Source: an uncultured PS1 clade bacterium (GTDB taxonomy: Bacteria; Pseudomonadota; Alphaproteobacteria; MED-G09). Taken from it: a stretch of 64,000 nucleotides of DNA. The translations under genes were made by a program, and so were the position numbers. The notes under the pieces are model-generated. The model ran no database searches. It had not been told where the DNA came from and saw only the letters and a list, made by a program, of their open reading frames with translations. Position 1 is the first letter of the stretch. Each line of letters begins with the position of its first letter. Below are positions 1-7,763 of this stretch, piece by piece. The DNA lies in NCBI GenBank assembly GCA_902626605.1, contig CACOFZ010000005.1, positions 9,373 through 73,372 on the forward strand, read 5' to 3'.

Positions 1-43
1 AAATAATTACAATAGCAATTTATTAGCCTTTAATTCTAGAGCT

Positions 44-88
44 CCTCCAAAAATTTAAAATTATTTTTTTAAATTTTATTTTTGGAGG
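44..88 (+). promoter_or_regulatory. Interrupted hairpin whose 3' arm contains the GGAGG Shine-Dalgarno of the downstream TonB-dependent receptor; possible translational control element
   Basis: CCTCCAAAAAT (44-54) is the exact reverse complement of ATTTTTGGAGG (78-88). Inner pair AAAATT (57-62) / AATTTT (72-77), 9-nt loop 63-71. Confidence 0.45.
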
Positions 89-2472
89 TTAAATTGAAAA
101 ATTTAATTATAGCACTTTTACTGCTGGGTGCTCTATCAATGCACAGTAATAATTTATATTCTAATGAAGCTGAGACTAATCAAGCTGATGAAATTATCGT
201 TACATCATCTTATATTGACCCTAGTTTATCAGACCTTGACGACCCAATTCATATATTAAGTGGTGATGATCCTATTTTTGATACAACTTTAAGTTTAGGT
301 GAGTCTCTGGATAATCTTTTGGGAATTCAATCATCAGACTTTGGATCAGCCGTTGGTCATCCAATAATTCGAGGTCTTTCAGGAAGTAGGGTCAGAATAA
401 TGAATAATGGTAAAACCTTGAGGGATGTATCCACTGTTGGCAATGATCATATGAACGAGACAGATTTAAATGATATTCAACAAATTGAAATAGTGAGAGG
501 TCCATCTTCCTTATTATATTCAAGCGGTACCGTTGGTGGAATCGTTAATATAATTGATAACACAATCGCAAGACAGGATTTTGATGAAGCTAGATTAAAT
601 ATTGGTTTAGAGTCTCAATCTGTAAATGATGGGGAAGCTGGTAGTTTTTCTTTTCAGAACAACATTGGCGGCTTTAATGTTAGTCTAGCTTACAAGGATT
701 CTGAATTTGATAATTATGATATTCCAAATGGAGCAATTATTCATAGTGAAAAAGAACACCATGACGAAGATGAACACCATGACGAAGACGAACACCATGA
801 CGAGGATGAACATCATGATGAAGAAAATCTAGGATACCTAGAAAATTCTGATTTTGAGTCTAAATCTCAAAGATTTGGTATATCAAAAACTGGCGACTGG
901 GGACATTTTGGCGTTTCTTATAAAAATTCTGAGAGTCTTTTCGGAGTTCCTTTTCATGGTGACGGACATGGTCATGAAGGACATGGAATGCATGAAAAAG
1001 ATGAGCATCACGATGAAGACGAACATCACGAAGAAGATGAGCATCACGATGAAGACGAGCATCACGATGAAGATGAGCATGAGGGAGAAAGAATTTTTTC
1101 CAATACAGATTCTGATGTATTTGATATTGAAGGCTCATTCAATGTTAATGCCTCATGGTTAAAAAATATCAACTACTTCTTCAGGGCTTCAGATTATTTA
1201 CATACCGAGCAACATGCTGAAGAGGAAGGTCATCACGATGAAGACAAACATCACGATGAAGGTGATCATCATGATGAGGGTAGCCATGATGAGCATGGAC
1301 ATGAAGAAGGACCAACAAATTTTGAAAATAAATCTAAAGAGATAGGTTTTATATTTGACTTAACTAACAATATAGTTGAGCAAAAATTATCAATTAACTA
1401 TGTTGAGGAAGAGATATCAATAATTGGTGCTGAAGCATTCATGAGACCAACTGATAATGAGGAGTTTTCTATTGGTTATTACCTTTGTAAAGAATTTGGA
1501 TTATTTGATCTTGATATAGGTATTAGGTATGACGATATTTCTCGTAAAGGTTCGCTTGCCCATCATGAAGACGAACATCACGAAGAAGATGAGCATCACG
1601 ATGAAGACGAACATCACGATGAGGATGAACATCATAATGAAGACGAGCATGAAGAGGAAATTGAATTCTTTAATAAAGATTTCAGCGAAACAAGTTTTGC
1701 AGTTAATTTTTCACGAGAATTTAACGATAATCTAACTTTAAGTCTTGGTCTAGCAAGAGTTGAAAGAGCGCCATCAGCAATAGAATTATTTATGAACGGA
1801 GCGCATCTTGTTACTGGACGATTTGAAGTTGGTAATACAAATATTGAATCTGAAACAGCTAATAATGTCGATTTAAATATTTATTATCAAAACAATAACT
1901 TTTCTTTCAGGGGTAATATTTTCTCTAATCAAATAGATAACTATATTTATCTTCAAGATGAAACGGAAGAGGAACATGAGGATCATGAAGAGCATGACGA
2001 TCATGGTGGTCTCATTTTAGCAAATTATTTACAAAGAGATGCTGAGCTTGAAGGTTATGAAATTGAAGTAAGTCAATTATTTAATTTTGATAGAGGAAAT
2101 CTTACTTTATCTTTGGGAAGAGACTCAGTAACAGGTGAATTTAAGAATGGAACAAATATTCCTAGAATTGTACCTGCTAGAAATATTTTAACTGTCTCTT
2201 ATTCAGAAGAAAATCTTGAAGTAAGATTAACTTATAAAGATGTTGAAGAGCAAAATGATATTGGAGAGGGTGAGACAATGACTCAAGCTTTTGAGATGCT
2301 TGATTTCTCATTAAGAAAATCTTTTGTTCTTAGCAATCAAAATAAAATAAGTTTATCATTATTTGGTAAGAATCTTCTTGATGAAGTTGCTAGAAATCAT
2401 TCTTCTTTTGTTAAGAATGAGGTACCTTTGCCAGGCAGAAATTTTGGTCTGAAAATAAACTATAAATTTTAA
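82..2472 (+). CDS. TonB-dependent outer-membrane receptor with five His/Asp/Glu-rich insertions (ZnuD-like metal receptor candidate)
   Basis: Signal peptide and plug-type motifs (IRGLSGSRVRIMNNG, IEIVRGPSSLLYSSG). C-terminal barrel ends in NYKF. HHDEDE-type clusters are present. GGAGG at 84-88 makes TTG at 94 a more likely start than TTG at 82. Confidence 0.9.
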   Translation: MEVKLKNLIIALLLLGALSMHSNNLYSNEAETNQADEIIVTSSYIDPSLSDLDDPIHILSGDDPIFDTTLSLGESLDNLLGIQSSDFGSAVGHPIIRGLSGSRVRIMNNGKTLRDVSTVGNDHMNETDLNDIQQIEIVRGPSSLLYSSGTVGGIVNIIDNTIARQDFDEARLNIGLESQSVNDGEAGSFSFQNNIGGFNVSLAYKDSEFDNYDIPNGAIIHSEKEHHDEDEHHDEDEHHDEDEHHDEENLGYLENSDFESKSQRFGISKTGDWGHFGVSYKNSESLFGVPFHGDGHGHEGHGMHEKDEHHDEDEHHEEDEHHDEDEHHDEDEHEGERIFSNTDSDVFDIEGSFNVNASWLKNINYFFRASDYLHTEQHAEEEGHHDEDKHHDEGDHHDEGSHDEHGHEEGPTNFENKSKEIGFIFDLTNNIVEQKLSINYVEEEISIIGAEAFMRPTDNEEFSIGYYLCKEFGLFDLDIGIRYDDISRKGSLAHHEDEHHEEDEHHDEDEHHDEDEHHNEDEHEEEIEFFNKDFSETSFAVNFSREFNDNLTLSLGLARVERAPSAIELFMNGAHLVTGRFEVGNTNIESETANNVDLNIYYQNNNFSFRGNIFSNQIDNYIYLQDETEEEHEDHEEHDDHGGLILANYLQRDAELEGYEIEVSQLFNFDRGNLTLSLGRDSVTGEFKNGTNIPRIVPARNILTVSYSEENLEVRLTYKDVEEQNDIGEGETMTQAFEMLDFSLRKSFVLSNQNKISLSLFGKNLLDEVARNHSSFVKNEVPLPGRNFGLKINYKF
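754..825 (+). repeat. In-frame 18-nt tandem repeat (4 units, GAACACCATGACGAAGAT-like) encoding EHHDED units
   Basis: Units at 754-771, 772-789, 790-807 and 808-825, read directly. Confidence 0.9.
1003..1083 (+). repeat. In-frame 18-nt tandem repeat (4.5 units, GAGCATCACGATGAAGAC-like) encoding EHHDED units
   Basis: Units at 1003, 1021, 1039 and 1057, plus a partial unit at 1075. Confidence 0.9.
1573..1644 (+). repeat. In-frame 18-nt tandem repeat (4 units) encoding EHH[ED]ED units
   Basis: Units at 1573, 1591, 1609 and 1627. Positions 1565-1610 are identical to 1013-1058. Confidence 0.9.
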
Positions 2473-2500
2473 ATAATAATTTAATTATTATGGTTGATAG

Positions 2501-2535
2501 TGCCCAGGATTAATTTTCTGGGCATTATTTTTTTT
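2501..2535 (+). terminator. Rho-independent terminator after the TonB-dependent receptor
   Basis: Stem TGCCCAG (2501-2507) / CTGGGCA (2518-2524), 10-nt loop, then TTATTTTTTTT. Confidence 0.7.
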
Positions 2536-2624
2536 AAGTTTTTTTATTAAATTATAATTTTTTGTAATACACTATCAATGCGAGGTATTTTCATTGATAA
2601 AGCTTATTTAAGTTTAAAAAAGAG

Positions 2625-3485
2625 TTAAACTAAGTTTATATCTGCAATTATTTCAACAGTGTAAGTTGTTGCTGTCCATAGACCTGTATCTGTGAAGGTC
2701 TCCTCAATACCTGATAATGTTAAAGTTCCACTGTTATCACTAGATTCGGGTGATACAAAGAAAATTTGAGTTCCATTGAAAGGGTTTGAGCTTACCTCAA
2801 CATTCTCAATAGAATCAAATTCCTGAGTTGTTAAATTTGAATTACCACCAACAATAACTAATGTAAGTTTGTCATTGGACTTATCAAATCCTTCTATAAT
2901 AACCTCATAACTACCCTCTGCAGATACACCATCTGTCCCTACCTCATATCGAAAATCTTCTGATAAGCTAGTAGCTTTTATTGTTGTATCTGATGAAACA
3001 TCAATATTTACAATTGTATATTCATTAGATGAAGTATCATTATTATTAATTTCTTCAGGTACTTCAAAATTATCATTAATTAAAAGATTAATTGTACCAT
3101 TTTGTGAACCTGAGGCAGGAGGTCCATCGGCAACCCCCATTCCCCTAACAAATTCAGAGTAAGTCCATTTTTGACCAATATCTCCAGTAGTTGAATTTCC
3201 GCTAGTCTCGTAAGTAAATTTATCTGCTCCATTAATAGTAATTTCTGAACCATTTGAAAGAGTTAGCCTAGTTGCATTTTTTGTGAATAATGAGCTCGCT
3301 ATAGTTAAACCATCTATAAGTTGGATTGTATTTGATCCCTCAGTATCAATAATTTGTATATTTGTATTACTATCTATAGCCTTAGAGATTATATAAATAT
3401 CATCACCACCTAAGCCCCGATATGTCATATCGTTTTCTGTTGGAATAATAAAATTTTTTCCAGAATTAAAATTTAAAGTAGCCAT
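2625..3485 (-). CDS. Hypothetical Thr/Ser/Asn-rich protein, possibly secreted without a signal peptide; one degenerate RTX-like GGDD motif
   Basis: Long ORF with no N-terminal signal peptide. Contains RGLGGDDIYII and a repetitive beta-rich composition. Confidence 0.5.
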   Translation of the reverse strand: MATLNFNSGKNFIIPTENDMTYRGLGGDDIYIISKAIDSNTNIQIIDTEGSNTIQLIDGLTIASSLFTKNATRLTLSNGSEITINGADKFTYETSGNSTTGDIGQKWTYSEFVRGMGVADGPPASGSQNGTINLLINDNFEVPEEINNNDTSSNEYTIVNIDVSSDTTIKATSLSEDFRYEVGTDGVSAEGSYEVIIEGFDKSNDKLTLVIVGGNSNLTTQEFDSIENVEVSSNPFNGTQIFFVSPESSDNSGTLTLSGIEETFTDTGLWTATTYTVEIIADINLV

Positions 3486-3548
3486 ATTTTTCTCTTTAAT
3501 TGTAATTACTTTTTATAATTTTTTTTTAATATGTCTATAGGTATAATT

Positions 3549-3947
3549 TTAATTATAGTTCTCTGTAGTTACAGTATATGTCCAGTAAAAAAAGACAAAT
3601 TGAAGCGCAAGTCTGAAATAAAGTATGTAAATTGGAATATCAGGAAATGCATTTGGTGTCATGGCCATATAAATATTTGCAGGATACACAGCAATTAATA
3701 GAGCAAATAATCCCCATCCAGCAATTTTACGAAATCGGTGAAAAAGAACACCAATTCCACCAATAATTTCAAAAAAACCACTTATGTAAACAGCTTCACT
3801 ATGAAGAGGGAAAGACGGAGGCATTATGGAAAGATAAAAATCTGGATTTATAAAATGATCTATACCAAAATAAATAAAAAAAATTACCAATCCTATTAAA
3901 ACAATCTTTCTTCTTATACCTACTGGTAATTTAAATAAATTCCCCAA
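3549..3947 (-). CDS. DoxX-like family membrane protein
   Basis: Four predicted TM helices. Pattern SGFFEIIGGIGVL ... AVYPANIYMA. Confidence 0.6.
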   Translation of the reverse strand: MGNLFKLPVGIRRKIVLIGLVIFFIYFGIDHFINPDFYLSIMPPSFPLHSEAVYISGFFEIIGGIGVLFHRFRKIAGWGLFALLIAVYPANIYMAMTPNAFPDIPIYILYFRLALQFVFFYWTYTVTTENYN

Positions 3948-4031
3948 ATAAATTCTCCCTGAAAATATATTACTTTTATTTAACTATCTTTCAATCAAGT
4001 TATTTAAATGTATAAGATATTATAAAATAAA

Positions 4032-4715
4032 ATGGAGACTAAAATGGATTTTGATGAAGTTATCATGGGTAGAAGAAGTATTCGTGGATTTAAACCAAAA
4101 GCAGTTTCTCAGGATATTCTTAAGGAAGTTTTCGAACTTGCATTGAGATCCCCTTCATCAATGAATACGCAGCCTTGGCATTTCCATGTAGTTACGGGCA
4201 ACGTTCTTGATAATATAAGAAGAGAAAATACAGAAAAGAATGTAGCAGGCGTTCCGCCCTCAAGAGAGATAAAATCACCATTAGGTTATGAGGGCCTACA
4301 TCGTGAAAGACAAATAGAAATTGCAATACAATTATTTAAAGAAATGGGTATAGAAAGAGATGATAAGAAAGCAAGAAACGATTGGGTTTTAAGAGGTTTC
4401 AGACAATTCGATGCACCAGTAGCAGTAATTGTAACATTTGATAGTTCGTTAAAAGATGATGATATATCTAAATTTGATTGTGGCGCCGTTGTAAATGGCC
4501 TAGTTAATGCTGGTTGGTCTAGGGGCTTAGGAGCTGTTATTAATAGTCAAGGAATAATGCAGTCTCCAGTTGTAAGAAAATATGCAAAAATTCCTGAAGA
4601 TGAAATCATAATGATTTGTGTAGCTATGGGTTATCCTGACTTTTCTTTTCCTGCGAATAGAGTTATTTCAAAAAGAAGAGCAGTTTCAGAAGTTGTTAAC
4701 TTTAAGGGTTTTTAA
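4032..4715 (+). CDS. Nitroreductase family protein
   Basis: RRSIRGF and SSMNTQPWHFHVV motifs. Confidence 0.85.
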   Translation: METKMDFDEVIMGRRSIRGFKPKAVSQDILKEVFELALRSPSSMNTQPWHFHVVTGNVLDNIRRENTEKNVAGVPPSREIKSPLGYEGLHRERQIEIAIQLFKEMGIERDDKKARNDWVLRGFRQFDAPVAVIVTFDSSLKDDDISKFDCGAVVNGLVNAGWSRGLGAVINSQGIMQSPVVRKYAKIPEDEIIMICVAMGYPDFSFPANRVISKRRAVSEVVNFKGF

Positions 4716-4822
4716 ATTTTTTAAATCATATATCATTAAATCTAATATACCTTAGAAGTATTTCGAGAGTATATATGTTTTAGAAGGCAAAGATTTTATA
4801 TGAATAGCTACAATGATATGAT

Positions 4823-6130
4823 TTGACTATGAAAGCAGGTTCTTTTTTTCCAAGTTTAAAATATTCTTCGCTCTTCGCAATGGCTGGAGACGATTGTTCA
4901 CTTTTTTTTGATCTTGAAAATCTTACTGAAAAGCAAAAAGAAGATCATCTAACAAATGTAGAGCTTACAGCAATGTTACAAATTGCACTTACATGTATTG
5001 GTAACTCGCATGATCATTTAGCAGTTTATGATGCTTATAAAAGCCCTGAATGGAATAGAATTCTTTTGCGTTATCATGATTTTTATAAACGCCTTGTTGA
5101 CCAGGTAATACCTTTGGAAAACTATAGTTATCATCCTAAGTTTAATTTTTATGATTCTGTTGCTAAATACGTAAATCAAAATAAAGGTTTTGTAGATGTT
5201 GTAAATTTATATATGACAAGTGGATCAAATGCTGTGATACACAAAAACGAGGAATTACTAAGGATCAATAGAAATGTAAATTCAAAGAAACATTTTGCTG
5301 AGAACGCACCCAGTTTTGGAATTCCTACCCCAGATACGATGGTTGTTAACAAATCAGAACTTGAAAGTAAAAAAGTAAGTGATTTCTTCTTAAAGTATAA
5401 CAACAAAATAATTTTAAAACTTCTAGGTTTAGCTGGATCAAGAAATGTAGCTGCTGTAAATAGTGTTAGAGAGGCAAGCCTTTATGTAGATGAGTATGAT
5501 GATAGGATGATAATCTTACTTCAAGAAAAACTTGATTTAGAAAATTTTACAGAAATGACTGTTGATCTATGCATAAGTGATGAAGATATAAAAATCGCTA
5601 ATACAAGAAAGATTCTTTTTGCGGATGGTCTTTGGGTTGGAAATCTTATATCAGAGTCGGTTAAAGTATCTCCTGAGCATAAAGAAATATTAATTAAGGT
5701 TGGAGAGTATGCTCGTTATCATGGCTATGTTAGTCCTGAAGGGAGTAATTGTGGAATAGATTTTTTTATAGGAAAAAATGGAGAGATCTCGATTACTGAA
5801 ATAAATGCTCGCTGGACTGGGGGACTATTTCCAGCTGAAATTTTAGCTCAAATAAATAATAAAAGAGATGCAATACCTTTCTTTGACATAGTGCCTATAG
5901 AAAAAAAAGATTTATATGTTGATTTTATTGATAAATATTTAGTTGGAGAATTCGAAGGCGACTTTGCCATATTACCAATTGGTTTTGGTTGTTTTCCAGT
6001 TCCTATAGAGGGAAGGGATTACTTTTATACTTGGCAAGCAGCGATTGGTGATCTAAACGCTTTCAAACAAAAGAAAAATAGTGAATTGGGTAATGATGTT
6101 ATGCCTACATCCGATAAAATAGTGCTTTAA
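4823..6130 (+). CDS. ATP-grasp domain protein (PGM1-like peptide ligase type, with an N-terminal pre-ATP-grasp region)
   Basis: C-terminal half carries ATP-grasp features (ILKLLGLAGSRNV, ITEINARWTGG). The ATG at 4829 is a more likely start than TTG at 4823. Confidence 0.6.
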   Translation: MTMKAGSFFPSLKYSSLFAMAGDDCSLFFDLENLTEKQKEDHLTNVELTAMLQIALTCIGNSHDHLAVYDAYKSPEWNRILLRYHDFYKRLVDQVIPLENYSYHPKFNFYDSVAKYVNQNKGFVDVVNLYMTSGSNAVIHKNEELLRINRNVNSKKHFAENAPSFGIPTPDTMVVNKSELESKKVSDFFLKYNNKIILKLLGLAGSRNVAAVNSVREASLYVDEYDDRMIILLQEKLDLENFTEMTVDLCISDEDIKIANTRKILFADGLWVGNLISESVKVSPEHKEILIKVGEYARYHGYVSPEGSNCGIDFFIGKNGEISITEINARWTGGLFPAEILAQINNKRDAIPFFDIVPIEKKDLYVDFIDKYLVGEFEGDFAILPIGFGCFPVPIEGRDYFYTWQAAIGDLNAFKQKKNSELGNDVMPTSDKIVL

Positions 6131-6158
6131 AGAAAATACGGAAATACTTAATGATATG

Positions 6159-6230
6159 TTAGATAATTCTTTTCAATAAAAAAGAGATTAAAATAATTAC
6201 TATAGTTAAAAATAATAGTATATTTTTCAT
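6159..6230 (-). CDS. Possible 23-aa hydrophobic mini-ORF (MKNILLFLTIVIILISFLLKRII)
   Basis: My own translation; below the ORF-track cutoff. AAGGGA lies upstream of the ATG. Confidence 0.2.
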   Translation of the reverse strand: MKNILLFLTIVIILISFLLKRII

Positions 6231-6238
6231 CCCTTAAG

Positions 6239-6403
6239 TCATTTTTTTTCGATTAGCGACTTTTCAATTTTATCTAAGGTTTCCTCTAAACGGTCTTGGT
6301 GACTATCTAAAAGTAAAGACAATCTTATTATTAACCAGCTTAATAATATTACGGCAACTATTAGACACCAAGCGAATATATTATCAATTAATGATGCTTC
6401 CAT
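6239..6403 (-). CDS. Possible 54-aa single-TM protein (MEASLIDNIFAWCLIVAVILLSWLIIRL...)
   Basis: My own translation; not in the ORF track. AGGAGAG lies 5-6 nt upstream of the ATG at 6403. Confidence 0.4.
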   Translation of the reverse strand: MEASLIDNIFAWCLIVAVILLSWLIIRLSLLLDSHQDRLEETLDKIEKSLIEKK

Positions 6404-6444
6404 TATTCTCTCCTTTTTAAATTAGATTACTTTAGTAAATAGTG

Positions 6445-6488
6445 TTTGCAAATTTGATATTAAAATTTTTAAAAAAAAATTTGCAAAT
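6445..6488 (+). promoter_or_regulatory. Duplicated TTTGCAAAT motif upstream of the ferritin-like gene (candidate operator)
   Basis: TTTGCAAAT at 6445-6453 and 6480-6488. Each copy sits within a palindromic TTTGCAAA / ATTTGCAAAT context. Confidence 0.3.
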
Positions 6489-6543
6489 AAATTGCATTAG
6501 CACACAGTCTTATTTTTTTTTGTTATATGTTCTTTTATAATAA

Positions 6544-6993
6544 ATGGAGAACATTGTGAAAAATTTAAATGAAAATAAAGTATGTGAAATATTAAATGAA
6601 ATTATGGAATATGAGTTAGCAGGTGTAGTTAGGTATACTCACTCATCTCTTATGGTTTCAGGTCCCAACAGAATTCCAATTGTTAAATTTCTTCAAGCCC
6701 AAGCCAAAGAGTCTCTCTCGCATGCTCAGCAGGCAGGTGAATTAATTACTGGTTTAGACGGGCATCCAAGTCAAAAAATAGCAAAGATAAAAGAAAGCAA
6801 TAGGCATTCTATTCAAGATATATTAAATGAAAGCTTAGAGCATGAAATTCATGCATTAAATCTCTATAAGAAATTATTAGATTTTGTTGAAAATTGTTCA
6901 GTTTATCTTGAAGAGTTCACAAGGGGTATGATTGGTCAAGAAGAGCAACACAGTCTTGAATTGAAAAAAATGCTTAAAGATTTTTCAAATTAA
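6544..6993 (+). CDS. Ferritin-like (bacterioferritin/Dps-like) protein
   Basis: Four-helix-bundle ferritin-like pattern (EYELAGVVRY, ESLEHEIHA, GQEEQHSLELKKML). GTG at 6556 behind GGAG is an alternative start. Confidence 0.7.
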   Translation: MENIVKNLNENKVCEILNEIMEYELAGVVRYTHSSLMVSGPNRIPIVKFLQAQAKESLSHAQQAGELITGLDGHPSQKIAKIKESNRHSIQDILNESLEHEIHALNLYKKLLDFVENCSVYLEEFTRGMIGQEEQHSLELKKMLKDFSN

Positions 6994-7016
6994 TTTTAAT
7001 GCATTAATATTCAAAT

Positions 7017-7763
7017 ATGGTCAATGAAAGTTTTAGAAAGCTTATTGAGGATAGCTCTTACATAGTTGTCTTTACCGGGGCAGGTATATCAACTGAGTCT
7101 GGAATTCCAGATTTTAGAAGCCCAACTGGAATTTGGAAAAAATATCAGCCAATTGAATTTAATGATTTTTTATCCTCTGAGGATATAAGAGCTGAGGCCT
7201 GGAGAAGAAAATTTGAAATCGATAAGAATATTTCAAAGGCAAAACCGAATATTGGCCATCTTGCCATTGCTAAGTTAGTAGATGATAAAAAAGTAAAAAA
7301 AATAATCACTCAGAATATTGACAATTTGCATCAAGAATCCGGTATCCCGGATGATTTAGTTGTTGAGCTTCATGGAAATACAACTTATGCCAAATGTTTA
7401 GACTGTGAAAAAAAATATGACTTAGCTGTTATTATGAAAAATTTTGAAAAAACAAATAAGCCTCCTTATTGTGATATGTGCTCAGGTATTGTAAAAGCGG
7501 CTACCATATCTTTTGGCCAAGCAATGCCAGAAAAAGAAATGATAATTTCACAAGAATCATCTCTCTCTTGCGACTTATTTATTGCTATTGGTTCATCATT
7601 GCAGGTATATCCGGCGGCAGGCTTTCCTATAATAGCGAAAAAAAATGGAGCAAAATTAATAATCATAAATAGAGAGAAAACTGATTTAGATAGCTATGCT
7701 GATTTGGTTATTAATGAAGAAATAGGAGGTTTTTTATCAGAAAATATAAATTTTATAAATTAA
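7017..7763 (+). CDS. cobB: NAD-dependent protein deacylase (Sir2/CobB family)
   Basis: GAGISTESGIPDFRS, QNIDNLH, HG and a CxxC...CxxC zinc ribbon. Confidence 0.9.
   Translation: MVNESFRKLIEDSSYIVVFTGAGISTESGIPDFRSPTGIWKKYQPIEFNDFLSSEDIRAEAWRRKFEIDKNISKAKPNIGHLAIAKLVDDKKVKKIITQNIDNLHQESGIPDDLVVELHGNTTYAKCLDCEKKYDLAVIMKNFEKTNKPPYCDMCSGIVKAATISFGQAMPEKEMIISQESSLSCDLFIAIGSSLQVYPAAGFPIIAKKNGAKLIIINREKTDLDSYADLVINEEIGGFLSENINFIN

Noticed and set aside
1-30. Possible Fur box (AATAATTACAATAGCAATT) upstream of the His-rich receptor.
   Set aside because: Only about 11 of 19 positions match the consensus, which is expected by chance in 30% GC DNA.
854-1162. ORF-track entries 854-1162 (+), 860-1138 (-), 883-1080 (-) and 1529-1735 (+), which overlap the receptor gene.
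   Set aside because: They lie entirely within the His-rich repeat DNA of the receptor. Their low-complexity translations (MSIT.., HRDA.. repeats) are frame-shifted readings of the same 18-nt units, not genes.
2570-2596. Hairpin TATCAATG...CATTGATA as the terminator of the minus-strand gene 2625-3485.
   Set aside because: The 8-bp AT-rich stem has an 11-nt loop and no U-run following it on the minus strand. That is too weak to call.
7017-7763. Sir2-domain protein as a defence (Thoeris/DSR-like) effector.
   Set aside because: It has the full canonical sirtuin deacylase motif set, including the Zn ribbon, and is of CobB size. It has no partner genes, and its neighbours are housekeeping or redox genes.
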